Positions 28,701-37,688 are shown, counted from the first letter of the stretch. The stretch is 64,000 nt of DNA from an uncultured virus (IMG/VR IMGVR_UViG_3300030116_001948) (IMGVR_UViG_3300030116_001948:1-64000), one strand, 5' to 3'. Notes: generated by a model not told the origin, from the letters alone. A program made the numbers and translations.

Positions 28701-31700
28701 TATCTCTAGGACCTAACTTACCAGTAGTACTATATTTAATTAGTGGCTGTACAACTCTACTAGTTCTATATCTAATTAATGCTTTATCAATAAATTTTTT
28801 AATTTGTGGTTGCAATAAAATACCAGGGTCATAATCTAGCTTGTTTACTAAATCAGGTATTTCATATACTTCTAAGTTCATAAGCTTGCTAGCTACATCA
28901 TCTGTAGTATTAAACATTAACTCTCTATAATCTTCTCTACCTCTATTTAATATTTTTTTTATTGTTGCTATTGCTAATGGACTTGTAATATCATTACTTA
29001 TTACTTCGTTAATAGAGTTTATATGTATATCATTTATATCAAACTTGTAACTGTCAACATCTTTTACTGCTCCAATGTTTATATCTTTTATCATTTGATT
29101 AAACTTAGCTGTTTCATTTGCATTACCATTTAAAGATTCTGTAGCTACAGTTCTATAATCTTCTACTAATTCTCTAGATAATGTTCTACCTAATTGATCT
29201 CTATTAATTTTATCAAGTATTTGTTTTTGAAACGGAGCAGGTTGATTTAGTTTTGCTGTAGCATTTTCATATACTCCCATATTAATATACAATTCATCAG
29301 GTCTCATAGTAAAAGGTTTTAATACATCAATACTTTTCCAACCATCTTTTACAGTGTAGTCTAATGTATGCAGTTTTAATCCTAGCTGTGTTTTAGCTGC
29401 TGTACTTGGTACAATAAAATCTATACCATTAGCTTCCATAAAATCATTCTGTGCTTTGGTTGCTCTAAATGTACCAGTCTTTAATAATATGTTACCTACT
29501 GGATTACTACCATATTCTGGTCCTTTATATCCTACTAGTTTTAAAAATCCATTATCAGCAGGTCTAAAGTTTTTTGTTTGTATAGTATCAAATGCTTTAT
29601 AACTAGCTATAACAGCAGCATCTGTACCCGACTCTGAATTATTAAACATTGGGTCTTCAAAATCTTTTACCATTATCATATTAAACAAACCTTCTTGTCT
29701 ATTTTTAGCAGGGTCTGCTTTTAATAAATTTACATAGTCAGCTGCTTCTAATGGTATGTCAGCACCTTGAGCTAAATTAGAATACTTATTAAATTTTTGA
29801 ACGTTAGCATATAAAGGTTCTTTTAAATATTCTTTTACTGCTTTAATAAGTCTAGTAGATGATGCTTCTCCAGTAAATGGTAGTGCAGGGTCTAAATATC
29901 CAGACTCAACCATAAGATAATATATATTAGAAAATGTTTCTTTATTTTTATTAGATAGAGTTAAACCTAATTCATTTTCTAACCTATTAAAAAATTTATC
30001 TCTAGCTGTTTTATTAAAAAAGTTTTTTTGTCCAGAAGTTTCGCTAACGGGATATCTATGTATTAACAATGTACCATTATCTTTACTACCACCGTATATA
30101 TACATACCTTTTTCACGTAAAGATTTTTTTAATCTAACTTTTACATCTGTAGTAAATTGTTCTTTAGGTACAGTGTTATTTGTTTTTACTTGTTCAGCTG
30201 GTAAATTTTTATAATCTAATGGACCACCGTTTGATCTTCTGTATTTTGTTATACGTTCTTTACCACCAATACCCATCTTAGTAAAACCAGCTTCATCTAC
30301 TGCTTTTCTAATAACTAGTCTAACAGGTTCTGGTGTTGCTGGAAATGTTTTATTATATTTACTATTAGGTCTATCTCCTCCTAATATATCTCCATTTATA
30401 TCTCTTTCTGGCACAGGTCTTATTTCTATAACGTCTGCACTTAAATCTATTTCCCAATCTGTTTTTTTATTAAAATGTTTTTTTAGTTTTAAATAGCTTC
30501 CAAGTCTGTTAACGTTACCACCTACATCACGAAAAAATGTACTAGGTAATTCTGGATATGTTTTTCTAATTTTAGCAATAGTTTGTTGCAAATCATAATT
30601 TGTTTCTTTAGCTATTTTTGCTAGCTCTAAATTAATAGCATCATTTGATTTACCTATGCTATAAGTTCTAATTTCATCAGCAATTAATTCTAAGTCTCTA
30701 TTCTTAATAGCATACATTGGTTCGTTCATGTCACGATTCAATGTCATTTCAATCATTTCAGACAAGTTTACATCTATTTTATCTTTCAATGCAGACTCTA
30801 AGACAGTATCTTTATTTGCTTCAGATGTACGTCTTTCTACGACTTCCTCCGCTGGCCTAGTGGCTGGACCTCTTTGCTCTCCTGGTCTAGTAGCTGGGCC
30901 TCTTTCTTCAGCAGGTCTAGTAGCTGGTTCTAATTCTACTCCATCTGTTTCTTTTAAATCTTTATTAGCATCTTTTTCTTTTGCTTTTTGCATTACCTGT
31001 TCAAACTGCTTCTTGGTTATAGTCTTAGGGTCAATACCAAGTTCTGTTAATGCTTCGTTTATTTCAGGTATTTGTTGAAGGTTAGCCATAATAGGAGCGT
31101 GAGTATTGTATTTCTCTACTACTACTTTAGCTATATAATTTTCTATATATTGTTGATCAGATTTAGAAAGCTTTTGAAAGTCAGCATCTTTTCTTGCTAC
31201 TTCTATTGCTTGTTTTTCAGTCATACCTAGTTCATAATTTTTATAATCATTCTTCATAATGAACTTAGTTCTGTCTGCAAAACCAGCTGAACGTGCAGTA
31301 GCACCAAAGAAAGCACCTAATAAATATTCATACACTTGTTCTGCAACTGGTAAACCTTGTCGTGTAGCCATACCACCTTGTGCTACAGAACCTAACGTAC
31401 CTTTTATTAACATGTTTACTGCTTCTGTTTGTCTTGCATCTTTAGATACTTGTGAAGCAACATCTCTTATAATTCTTTCTCCTGCTTTTCTAGTTTTAGG
31501 ATTAGCTAATAATCTACCTACATTAACATAATTACCTATACCACCAAATAATGCACCAGCTGCAGCTCCATGCAATGCAGAATCAAGCATACCTTTACCA
31601 CCTTCTTTCCAAGAAGATACACCTAAAGCTACTCCTAAATGCAATCCTTGTTCTGCAATATTTCTAAACTTAGCACTTTTAAATATACCTCTAGATAAAT

Positions 31701-32289
31701 AACCGCTAGTTGTTAATGTAGCAGCACCTAAATATTCTTTAGATTGTTCCATTACATAGTCAGCAACTTTCATTGGTATTGATTGTAATGTAAATGTTTT
31801 AGGTCCTATTTCTTTACGTATAAAACCTGGAGCTTTATCTGCTGCAGAACTTAATGCTGCACGAGTTAACCTTTGACCTGTAAGTCCTGCACGTTTAGCA
31901 GCGGCTATAGGTACATACTGTCCCATAGAAAAGAAAGATGCAACTACGTCTGGAGCAAAACCAATTAAATGTCCAAACTTATTTGCTATAGATTCTACTG
32001 TAGTATCAGGGTCTTCAGCCCATCCTAATGTAGTAAAACCTTCTACAAGACCACTAGTAAATTGATTCATAGTAGATAATAGATTAGCATCTGCTACTTC
32101 CATATCTCTATTAAATTTTATATCTACTTTTTTAAATTGTCTTTCAATATAATCTACTTCTTCTTCGGTAAAAGCAGAAGGATTAGTACGATAAGCTAGC
32201 TCAAGACGATTAAAATATTCTTGAGGTTCAATTATTTTTTGACGTACTAATGAATCTAATTGTACTAATGTAGGATTTTTTAAAGTCAC
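22741..32289 (-). CDS. Giant virion protein; putative single-chain two-barrel DNA-dependent RNA polymerase
   Basis: 3182 aa at the end of the ejection-protein cluster; GTD (about aa 888-890), LLK, LLVRSP (R1268) and GGADKDAD (D1307-D1311). Confidence 0.7.
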   Translation of the reverse strand: MTLKNPTLVQLDSLVRQKIIEPQEYFNRLELAYRTNPSAFTEEEVDYIERQFKKVDIKFNRDMEVADANLLSTMNQFTSGLVEGFTTLGWAEDPDTTVESIANKFGHLIGFAPDVVASFFSMGQYVPIAAAKRAGLTGQRLTRAALSSAADKAPGFIRKEIGPKTFTLQSIPMKVADYVMEQSKEYLGAATLTTSGYLSRGIFKSAKFRNIAEQGLHLGVALGVSSWKEGGKGMLDSALHGAAAGALFGGIGNYVNVGRLLANPKTRKAGERIIRDVASQVSKDARQTEAVNMLIKGTLGSVAQGGMATRQGLPVAEQVYEYLLGAFFGATARSAGFADRTKFIMKNDYKNYELGMTEKQAIEVARKDADFQKLSKSDQQYIENYIAKVVVEKYNTHAPIMANLQQIPEINEALTELGIDPKTITKKQFEQVMQKAKEKDANKDLKETDGVELEPATRPAEERGPATRPGEQRGPATRPAEEVVERRTSEANKDTVLESALKDKIDVNLSEMIEMTLNRDMNEPMYAIKNRDLELIADEIRTYSIGKSNDAINLELAKIAKETNYDLQQTIAKIRKTYPELPSTFFRDVGGNVNRLGSYLKLKKHFNKKTDWEIDLSADVIEIRPVPERDINGDILGGDRPNSKYNKTFPATPEPVRLVIRKAVDEAGFTKMGIGGKERITKYRRSNGGPLDYKNLPAEQVKTNNTVPKEQFTTDVKVRLKKSLREKGMYIYGGSKDNGTLLIHRYPVSETSGQKNFFNKTARDKFFNRLENELGLTLSNKNKETFSNIYYLMVESGYLDPALPFTGEASSTRLIKAVKEYLKEPLYANVQKFNKYSNLAQGADIPLEAADYVNLLKADPAKNRQEGLFNMIMVKDFEDPMFNNSESGTDAAVIASYKAFDTIQTKNFRPADNGFLKLVGYKGPEYGSNPVGNILLKTGTFRATKAQNDFMEANGIDFIVPSTAAKTQLGLKLHTLDYTVKDGWKSIDVLKPFTMRPDELYINMGVYENATAKLNQPAPFQKQILDKINRDQLGRTLSRELVEDYRTVATESLNGNANETAKFNQMIKDINIGAVKDVDSYKFDINDIHINSINEVISNDITSPLAIATIKKILNRGREDYRELMFNTTDDVASKLMNLEVYEIPDLVNKLDYDPGILLQPQIKKFIDKALIRYRTSRVVQPLIKYSTTGKLGPRDIETYITHPELNDTTFMLGRDFRDYEIKLDSKFGGKDGVMTLSEAFKKSKDTKNYTASEISEIKESINFLLVRSPNSSNGGVRVLEFAGFVDRKGYGVYTTSKNDYYLGGADKDADSVSIYQNMPKSFKEAFRKYDNEFDLGGGVLYNFETPSKTFEKFVKEADKVVNPKKDFAELVDVDSRIEVARMARRGKQQMGIIVDAMTRMQNIADVIQRRGGVFESSVYGLDTAKGSNDKLPERVSITLKDSLPGLKGKLTTQQVVKQLQLDSVNLVNLMADSANFKEIGFYNSILNQMWNSYFKIKQISGLNNEITYLDTSGKKQTYNIGSERIIGKKGDMRSIAFDRNYFKDTDHIYALRLIENVHRDFYKLGKDSIKRVEHYDKLAEDYLFEMGTDIPFYYNIAEAVRMTPDFYLDPYKFYFNNAASKNLELSNIGPIEVVKLQIKKLRELIKSDKMFKRFGMRDFWNSHIETEADLTRLINDPYFMHEKNMDYQGIFFSLQKSKDFIRESNALGVPMDKAESIVRDVMDTTYNIKSYFFTEVKLRGLGNMQNEKVVTPEIMNSIILRLKDKYKNAYKPETYEKIEEMIDYWLMTRDFREPTTDLLKQQEKDFMAMNDKLSKELEFHSQSQNWNGRSEKIEKLLSRKSMAYGKLRPTLDFAYKSLVISNKNRESFFKGQYKLLQEITENITEQVKLPEKAVNLKKFIKENIPFDDTVEIPDNFDTSNSRTFKKTTEIDPDNGRTVEFITPEQARYNETYPNNINVRDDKNVSYKVKQNERFKKDTQSSIDNVQTTNEILNEILPQFDWLSVKLKPNKLVTDEAQVQIDRTRSILRKNPAAISRFEEFFIDLTFRLEGIGRRLSTINVKDLEILNNALEERFSSKSIIQKLSKKDRPGWIDQMLNYKVIGKKLEKFEETEYLKPAVPVIDKYGQQKPKQLNIILPTSTLEYGRKRIDKFDTLQKLMSSGIETQHNGYYNFLNIDNANLTKYRNLLIEHAWNVNEYQNGKYPSNERLQSAKDRIKEAYLDSEGQIKKLGDMKFPWPTSGKSEMITATEYTKRLADMYAKDFKQINEGYIKSNWENIEKFLKKQKITRDLYSPVVNTDLNVQTYKKSARYATDQMERMFLDKNGIIRENLVNLIFKNFDFQGVPNRKSLNDLFSINDFFFIKYHMQVKDRFEFAYPEINLDKPLKPADQAIVKRFVNKEMSKKSYADHIVGDVYRGYMPRMGQFDIEANIPKIQKFMAERINRKVEEVSKPGNQNKLPLDLRMAVEFGEMPLNQAIKIYKDQLTARFNRQATNDISDGGYEVEAQVRDLFTRSNYKGYVGEYTASMLKNRGDEFIPFYKKDLDVIKRYKQSLIKSHLTNLAGFSSELLLRRFDKVNKKETFAENWSRFMRDAFTNMIGMSNYRALNIHGIEKKDQGLYNRYIKNGLSTKGMMLTNAQREKILDFGIAIRVNGAEKEQILLRNTSKDGVNLKKAKQELRDLQMTRAKKLVKDINVTGKYGSLYHATSDEKAVSIFKGINTLFGGKLFGELPKVDKATGVGESEYRNAVLKRVRDLSDLEGQFELISLLSHPKTAITNMYGGTVNTISDVGWSSFRKANSTKDVLSMLQSMNAEFEFTNPSTGKKEKRGFESRTDIDAWLESLGVYDQMFLDMVSLDRNFAKKNVQDFAQQFVIRMNKSLAKDPGTMSKAAYEQLQKRTMKELARDLNIKQPFIEAGALPMKWSERKLRGTAFLANYINLRENVLGPIKDQMPYDSPVLINYALKGVQASQFMYQATFRPNFANTSLGRVLTRFQPYAWNSIGRRMNLYKDARQADWNREVLASKKFQRQFTFDLMSLALANIFVASIFEYALSPPMNWMQDTAALLFGDKNARDRAFFSSYPHPVLAPLQIVTPPIGRFVLQPITAILNQDWQTFTDYTLYSYFPYGRLFRDAQRTYDSPAMAPDYLTGFPLHRLHDIRRTQIEEDESEELLPDFSLWEDEE
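30850..30930 (-). repeat. 30-bp period coding tandem repeat (about three copies of PATRP(A/G)E(E/Q)RG)
   Basis: EPATRPAEERGPATRPGEQRGPATRPAEE in the giant protein. Confidence 0.8.
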
Positions 32290-32290
32290 T

Positions 32291-32977
32291 TTACTTTATT
32301 CCACTTAATAAAGAATCAATATCATTTACGTATTGCTTAGCTCTTTCCATTAGCTCTCTTTCATTATCGAAAAATACTCCCTGTATTTCAGTAGCTACTT
32401 TAGCAAACGGTCCTTTATCATCTCTAAACTGACCAACATTTTCTACTAATGCTATAGCATCTAACATGTTTTGTTTTTGTTGCTCTAGCTGACCTCTAGC
32501 TTCTACAACGCTATAATGATCTTCTCCTAATATAGGTATTTTAGCTAATAAACTATTATAAGCTGTTTGATTTTTTATCAATGCTTCTTCTTGTAGTTTT
32601 AAATTAGAAGCAAAAGCTTTTCTAATTTGTCTAGGACTACCTCCACTAAATATTCCAGCACCTCCTAAAGGTCCAACTCCTCCTTCTGCTTCTGCTGCAA
32701 TTTTTGCTGGACCTTCATCCATAGTACCAGCTTCAAATCTATTCTTAAGTACTTCTGTATAAACTACACCAGCATCTTCTTCTGTTTTCAATTGTCTGTC
32801 CATAAGCTTGCTAAAAATACTTATTTTTGATTGTAAGTTCGCAGCATTCATATCTACTACTAATTGTTTTGCTATTTCTCCAGCCTCTTTATTTTCTTCT
32901 CCAGTTGTTTCTGCTAAACCTTTAGCACTCTCAGATAATAATAATAAACTTTTTGCTACATCTTCTGAATAAGACAT
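32291..32977 (-). CDS. Putative internal virion (ejection) protein
   Basis: Helical, Ala/Gly/Glu-rich, next to the giant protein. Confidence 0.5.
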   Translation of the reverse strand: MSYSEDVAKSLLLLSESAKGLAETTGEENKEAGEIAKQLVVDMNAANLQSKISIFSKLMDRQLKTEEDAGVVYTEVLKNRFEAGTMDEGPAKIAAEAEGGVGPLGGAGIFSGGSPRQIRKAFASNLKLQEEALIKNQTAYNSLLAKIPILGEDHYSVVEARGQLEQQKQNMLDAIALVENVGQFRDDKGPFAKVATEIQGVFFDNERELMERAKQYVNDIDSLLSGIK

Positions 32978-33714
32978 TATCCTCTCCCCATCATATTTAA
33001 TATATTAATATTTCTACCAGAATAAGCAGATAGTTCTAATAAATTACCTTGTATATCTCTTAATCTAGATAACTCTTGTTGTTCTAATTGATATGCTTCT
33101 GAATCACGAGCAAATGCAGAACGGCCTTGAGATATTTCAAAAGCTCTTTCTGTTCTTCCTAAAGCTCTTTGCCCAGCACCACTGCCAGCTAATCCTGTTC
33201 TTCCTATTTGAACATTGCCTTGTTCAATTGCATCTTGATAATCTGTAACAGCTGATTCTTGTTGTGTTGCAAATGCTCTATCTGCAAACCCTTTTTGCAC
33301 AGCAATATCTTTTACAACATTTTCTGCTGCACCTATCAACATATTTTCTGTTTGTATAGCACGTTTTTTACGTCTTCTAGCTTCTCTTCTAGCTCTTCTT
33401 CTAGCACTAATACTACCAACAAATCCTGCTATAGCACCTATTACTCCTATTGCTGGTGCTGCTTTTGTTAAAAAACCTCCTACCTTACCAGCAGCTGCAA
33501 GTAATCCACTAGGACTTGTTTGCGGTAACTGAGCTGCCATAGCATCAAAATTTGGTGCCATTATATTTTGTGGTGGTAAGCCAGGAATATTACTTGTAAC
33601 ACCCCCCATAACCCCCATGTTCATATAATTTCCTCCATAAGAACCAAAGCTTGTGCCTCCAGAAGCACCGTAATTTCTTAACATACCTTGTCCAGGTCTA
33701 AACGGATCTGGCAT
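32977..33714 (-). CDS. Putative DNA ejection/pilot protein
   Basis: Gly-rich N-terminus, hydrophobic helix IGVIGAIAGFVGSI, basic patch, coiled coil with GLAGSGA. Confidence 0.55.
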   Translation of the reverse strand: MPDPFRPGQGMLRNYGASGGTSFGSYGGNYMNMGVMGGVTSNIPGLPPQNIMAPNFDAMAAQLPQTSPSGLLAAAGKVGGFLTKAAPAIGVIGAIAGFVGSISARRRARREARRRKKRAIQTENMLIGAAENVVKDIAVQKGFADRAFATQQESAVTDYQDAIEQGNVQIGRTGLAGSGAGQRALGRTERAFEISQGRSAFARDSEAYQLEQQELSRLRDIQGNLLELSAYSGRNINILNMMGRG

Positions 33715-34052
33715 TACTCACCTCTCTTTGTTAACTTATTCATTAAACTTTTTGCATTTTGAAATGGACTTATTCCTAAATTCATATCCCATAAAACATC
33801 TAATAAATTTAACCTGGAACCTGCTTTTATTCTGCTATTTAACTGAGCTTGTTTCATAGCATATGCAAATTCAGGATCAGCTACTGTAGGCGTTCCATAC
33901 AATTCACCAGGTTGTCCTGTGCCTAACAATGTTGGATCTTGCAAATCGCTTCGTACAACAGGAGTGTTTGCTAACTCACCAGGCTGACCTGTGCCTTCTA
34001 ACGTAGGGTCAGTCATAGTTTGTTGTGTTTTTTTCTTTTTATCTTGAGCCAT
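33714..34052 (-). CDS. Virion-region protein with an internal duplication
   Basis: DPTL(E/L)GTGQPGEL..TP.V occurs twice, 24 aa apart. Confidence 0.6.
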   Translation of the reverse strand: MAQDKKKKTQQTMTDPTLEGTGQPGELANTPVVRSDLQDPTLLGTGQPGELYGTPTVADPEFAYAMKQAQLNSRIKAGSRLNLLDVLWDMNLGISPFQNAKSLMNKLTKRGE

Positions 34053-34546
34053 TAGTCACTCTCCTTAATATTTTCTATTGCCTCTATAAAATCTTTTACT
34101 CTTACTGGTGTTTGTTTATACCACCTAGAATATCTTCCTTCTTCTTTATCAGCATATAAAATTTCATCTATTGCTTTGTCATATTCTTTATGACACAACG
34201 CTTTCCATGCAGATGGAAACTTTCTAAACCATTTAGTACCAAGTTGAAAGTTTACAGATGTCAATGCTATTTTAAAATCTGTATCAAATATATTTAATAT
34301 CTTACATTGTTCATTGCAAGCATCTAATGATTTTTGTATATCGCTATCATACCATTCTTTTATTATAGATTCTTTTAACATGCAACCTACAGGATATAAT
34401 TTTTTTTCTTCTGGTAATAACAAATGCCCTATACCACCAGTAGGTTTACCTAATGTATCTAAATACACTACATTTTTATATCCTTCACGTAACTTGATAT
34501 GGTCATATAGTTTTTGTCTAAAACTAATTTCTTTTGGTATTATCAT
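34052..34546 (-). CDS. T4-like lysozyme (GH24)
   Basis: EG-x7-D-x5-T catalytic pattern (REGYKNVVYLDTLGKPTGGIGH) and SRWYKQTP.R. Confidence 0.9.
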   Translation of the reverse strand: MIIPKEISFRQKLYDHIKLREGYKNVVYLDTLGKPTGGIGHLLLPEEKKLYPVGCMLKESIIKEWYDSDIQKSLDACNEQCKILNIFDTDFKIALTSVNFQLGTKWFRKFPSAWKALCHKEYDKAIDEILYADKEEGRYSRWYKQTPVRVKDFIEAIENIKESD

Positions 34547-34920
34547 TATAAAGTTACCTCATCATTAAATAGTCCAAATTTTCTGTAATCATCGCTAGGT
34601 AAAAACAAAGCATCTAACATTGTTTGTTCTAATTTTTTTTCTAGCTGTTTAACAAAAGCTCCGCCATACATATCTTTATATTTTTTTAATTGGTCTTCTA
34701 CCTTTACATTAAAAGGTCTTGTATCTAAAACATTAGCTCCTGCTTTAGCAAAATTTAACAATGATGTACCACCGCCTACAGCTGCTGAAACATCTGCAAT
34801 CGCTCCAGCTGCTCCACCTACATAAAGATCTCCAAATACAGCACGATTTTCTTTTTTAATTTTATCTCTTTCATTAGCTGCATAAAATGTAGCCATATGT
34901 GTTTGTGCTTCAGTTGCCAT
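34546..34920 (-). CDS. Putative virion protein (start MATEAQ)
   Basis: GGAGG SD before the ATG at 34920; Gly/Ala-rich helix. Confidence 0.55.
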   Translation of the reverse strand: MATEAQTHMATFYAANERDKIKKENRAVFGDLYVGGAAGAIADVSAAVGGGTSLLNFAKAGANVLDTRPFNVKVEDQLKKYKDMYGGAFVKQLEKKLEQTMLDALFLPSDDYRKFGLFNDEVTL

Positions 34921-35147
34921 TATCCTACCTCCTCTAAAATAGTTTTCATCCACCTATTTCCAACTTTAATATATAAAAAATTACCAGTTGCTTCTTGTAC
35001 TACTTTTCTATCACCATCTACGCCTTCACTATTGCTTGGCTTAGTAGTAGATACAACTATAGGTGTTTCATATTGTTGTTTTGTTTCATCTATTTTTTGT
35101 TGTAATTTTTTAATTAATGATAATCCTCTATTATACATTCTACTCAT
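34920..35147 (-). CDS. Small tail-associated protein
   Basis: P...EG.DGD...LYIKVG.RW pattern typical of podovirus tail accessory proteins. Confidence 0.55.
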   Translation of the reverse strand: MSRMYNRGLSLIKKLQQKIDETKQQYETPIVVSTTKPSNSEGVDGDRKVVQEATGNFLYIKVGNRWMKTILEEVG

Positions 35148-37519
35148 CGTGTTACCTTTTCTCTATATACTATTTGTATATCGTTAATTTCAAAACTAGT
35201 ATTTAAACTGCTTGTTTGTTTCAATGCTATACCAAAACTAACTAAGTTATTAAAAGTGTCGCTAAGGCTAATCTTCGTCGTTTTATCGCCACCAGAACTA
35301 AGCGTTGTTATATCAGTTAATGCTAATGCTGTATTATCTCTTTTAGTTCCAAAGCCTTGAAGCGTTACATTATTACCTTCTTTATAATTTATATATATAG
35401 TATTAAAATTTTTATTAGCAGTAGGACTACCCATATCTAATTCTTTAGATTTATATATTACTTGATTACCACTATTAGCTTGCGGTGATTTATTCCACTT
35501 TACTAGATCTATAGTATCTGGATTATTGTTTAGTCCTGCTATTGATGACCACCAATATAAATCTCCATTATTAAAGTTTACTAAATTTGTAATATCTCTA
35601 TTACCAAACGTATCTGATTGTCTCCATGATTCAGATTTTATATCATATAATAATACGTCTGTATTTTTATTTACTATAACTAATTCTTTTGATTTAGGTA
35701 AATAACCTATAACATTATTATCGTGGTAATAATCAGAAGACCAATTAGCTAGTTTAGGTTGTCCTGTTTGACTTAAATTTATATCAACAACTTGCTGTCC
35801 GTCGTAAAGATATGCTCCATACTGATTAAACCAAGCAATAAAACCTTCTCCTTTAACTACATGATATTCTTTTTCACAACCTTTATATTCATACTCAGCT
35901 TCTAAATATTCTATATCTCTAGATACATTAATAATAAATAATTTATTTTGTTTAAACTGTAACAATTTATTACCTAATGATTCTAATTTAATTATTGTAT
36001 CACCATCTTCTACTTCTACATCTATAAAACTTTCTTCTGGAAAATAATCAAATTTATTTGGTAACGATTTTAACACTCTATCTGATTTAGTAACCAAGTT
36101 ATGTTTCTTGTCATAGTATTGTACATTACCTGCATAGACCCTTCTATTTAATATTGTAGATGTTTTAAATCCTGTATTAGCTTCTCCAATAACAGAAGGA
36201 CTTTCTAATATGTAGGGTTCTTGTATAGATAAATCTGTTAGCCCATCTCCTACGAATCTATCTGTACTAGCCCAACTATTATTAGGCCAAGCCCATTGCT
36301 TGTCGCCACCTAATGTATAAGGAAATAATGATTGATATGTTTCACTTCCTGCATATCGTAAACCTTTTTCAAAATCTATTTCTGCTAATAAATATTTTAT
36401 TCCTATATTTGTTGAAGTATCTAAAGTAGTACCTGCTTGAAATCCATCCATTAAAGCATAGTATATTTTAAAACCAGAATATCTAGAACTTTTATCTCCC
36501 ATTCTACCTGTTAATCCAAAATATAATTTTTGTTTTACATCATCTACAGAAACATGTTGATATACATCTCCTATATATACAGCAACAGATTCAGATTTAT
36601 TAGTATCAGAATCATAATTACTATATACTTTAGACGCCCATAATCCATATCTTTTTCCTGACTGAGGTTTAATGTTAGAATCACTATCAGCATTAACATC
36701 ATTTCTAAAATATGCTATAACAGACATAGAACCTTGTCCATCTGTAGTATAATCACTGCCACCGCTTTTATACCCATCTAATAAATCGTGTATTTCTGTA
36801 GCAGTTACTTCTACTTTATTTACATTTGTACTAGTTCCCATAGCATAAGTGCCACTACTATCTACATCTAACATAAATATTTCAGAATCATTATCGGGAT
36901 GAAACTGTTGCATTTTATTATGTAAAGCGTCTATTTTATAATTATATTCATTTGCACCTTTAATAGGAGCAATGTATAAATCACTTACTTCATACTGATT
37001 AGACACAGAATTATTAATTGTAGTTTCAGATTGAGTATAACCTAACTTTCTATCAAAGTTATAATATCCTAATATCTTAGGAGTATTACCTGCATTTCCA
37101 TAATGAGGTACAACTCTTACCTGTCCATCCACTGAATACATTTCTACTAAAGATGCAGTATTACCATAATCTATATTAACAGTTTCTGCAGCATTGTTAG
37201 TAACATCATATATACGAACTATACTATCAGTCTTGTCATTAATAAATAAATACTCTGTTTCATTTATGCCAGATGATCCAAAGTTTCTATCTAAGTTTAC
37301 ATGCAACAAACCGTTACCATAGTTTAATGCATCTATAGCAGTAACATCATTAGAACTAATGCTCTGAGCTGCACTACGCCCTTCTACAACTAATTTACCT
37401 GGTATTTCATTAGATAAATTAAGTAATACCTGAGCTTCAGATTCACTCATATCACGTGGATTAGTGTTATTATTTAATCCCCCGCTAAAATTATTAATAT
37501 TATAAATTAACTTTGGCAT
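35144..37519 (-). CDS. Tail nozzle / tubular protein B-like
   Basis: 791 aa, N-terminal NFSGGLN, beta-propeller-like composition, C-terminal SKELDMG.P...KNF..IYI.Y. Confidence 0.7.
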   Translation of the reverse strand: MPKLIYNINNFSGGLNNNTNPRDMSESEAQVLLNLSNEIPGKLVVEGRSAAQSISSNDVTAIDALNYGNGLLHVNLDRNFGSSGINETEYLFINDKTDSIVRIYDVTNNAAETVNIDYGNTASLVEMYSVDGQVRVVPHYGNAGNTPKILGYYNFDRKLGYTQSETTINNSVSNQYEVSDLYIAPIKGANEYNYKIDALHNKMQQFHPDNDSEIFMLDVDSSGTYAMGTSTNVNKVEVTATEIHDLLDGYKSGGSDYTTDGQGSMSVIAYFRNDVNADSDSNIKPQSGKRYGLWASKVYSNYDSDTNKSESVAVYIGDVYQHVSVDDVKQKLYFGLTGRMGDKSSRYSGFKIYYALMDGFQAGTTLDTSTNIGIKYLLAEIDFEKGLRYAGSETYQSLFPYTLGGDKQWAWPNNSWASTDRFVGDGLTDLSIQEPYILESPSVIGEANTGFKTSTILNRRVYAGNVQYYDKKHNLVTKSDRVLKSLPNKFDYFPEESFIDVEVEDGDTIIKLESLGNKLLQFKQNKLFIINVSRDIEYLEAEYEYKGCEKEYHVVKGEGFIAWFNQYGAYLYDGQQVVDINLSQTGQPKLANWSSDYYHDNNVIGYLPKSKELVIVNKNTDVLLYDIKSESWRQSDTFGNRDITNLVNFNNGDLYWWSSIAGLNNNPDTIDLVKWNKSPQANSGNQVIYKSKELDMGSPTANKNFNTIYINYKEGNNVTLQGFGTKRDNTALALTDITTLSSGGDKTTKISLSDTFNNLVSFGIALKQTSSLNTSFEINDIQIVYREKVTR

Positions 37520-37688
37520 GTTTTTGCAACTTATGACAAAAGACAGAACCTCTAGTTATGTCATTCATATTAACATTTTTTACTTTCTTTTTAGACTTTG
37601 TCTTAAGGGTATACTTTCTTCTACTATCGCTAATAGATGTTCCATTAAACTCCTGTCCAGCACCAGTCTGTGTATTATACATTCCCAT
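37500..37688 (-). CDS. Hypothetical protein
   Basis: 62 aa overlapping both neighbours. Confidence 0.5.
   Translation of the reverse strand: MGMYNTQTGAGQEFNGTSISDSRRKYTLKTKSKKKVKNVNMNDITRGSVFCHKLQKHAKVNL

Noticed and set aside
23735..31531. Several plus-strand ORFs (e.g. 23735-24181, 26084-26725, 30728-31078)
   Set aside because: All lie antisense within the 3182-aa gene and have the Ser/Leu/Phe bias typical of shadow frames.
22741..32289. Tape measure protein or N4-type (T7-like) virion RNAP
   Set aside because: No tail tube genes or TMP repeats are present; the motifs seen are RxP plus DxDxD of two-barrel enzymes, and I did not find T7-like motifs.
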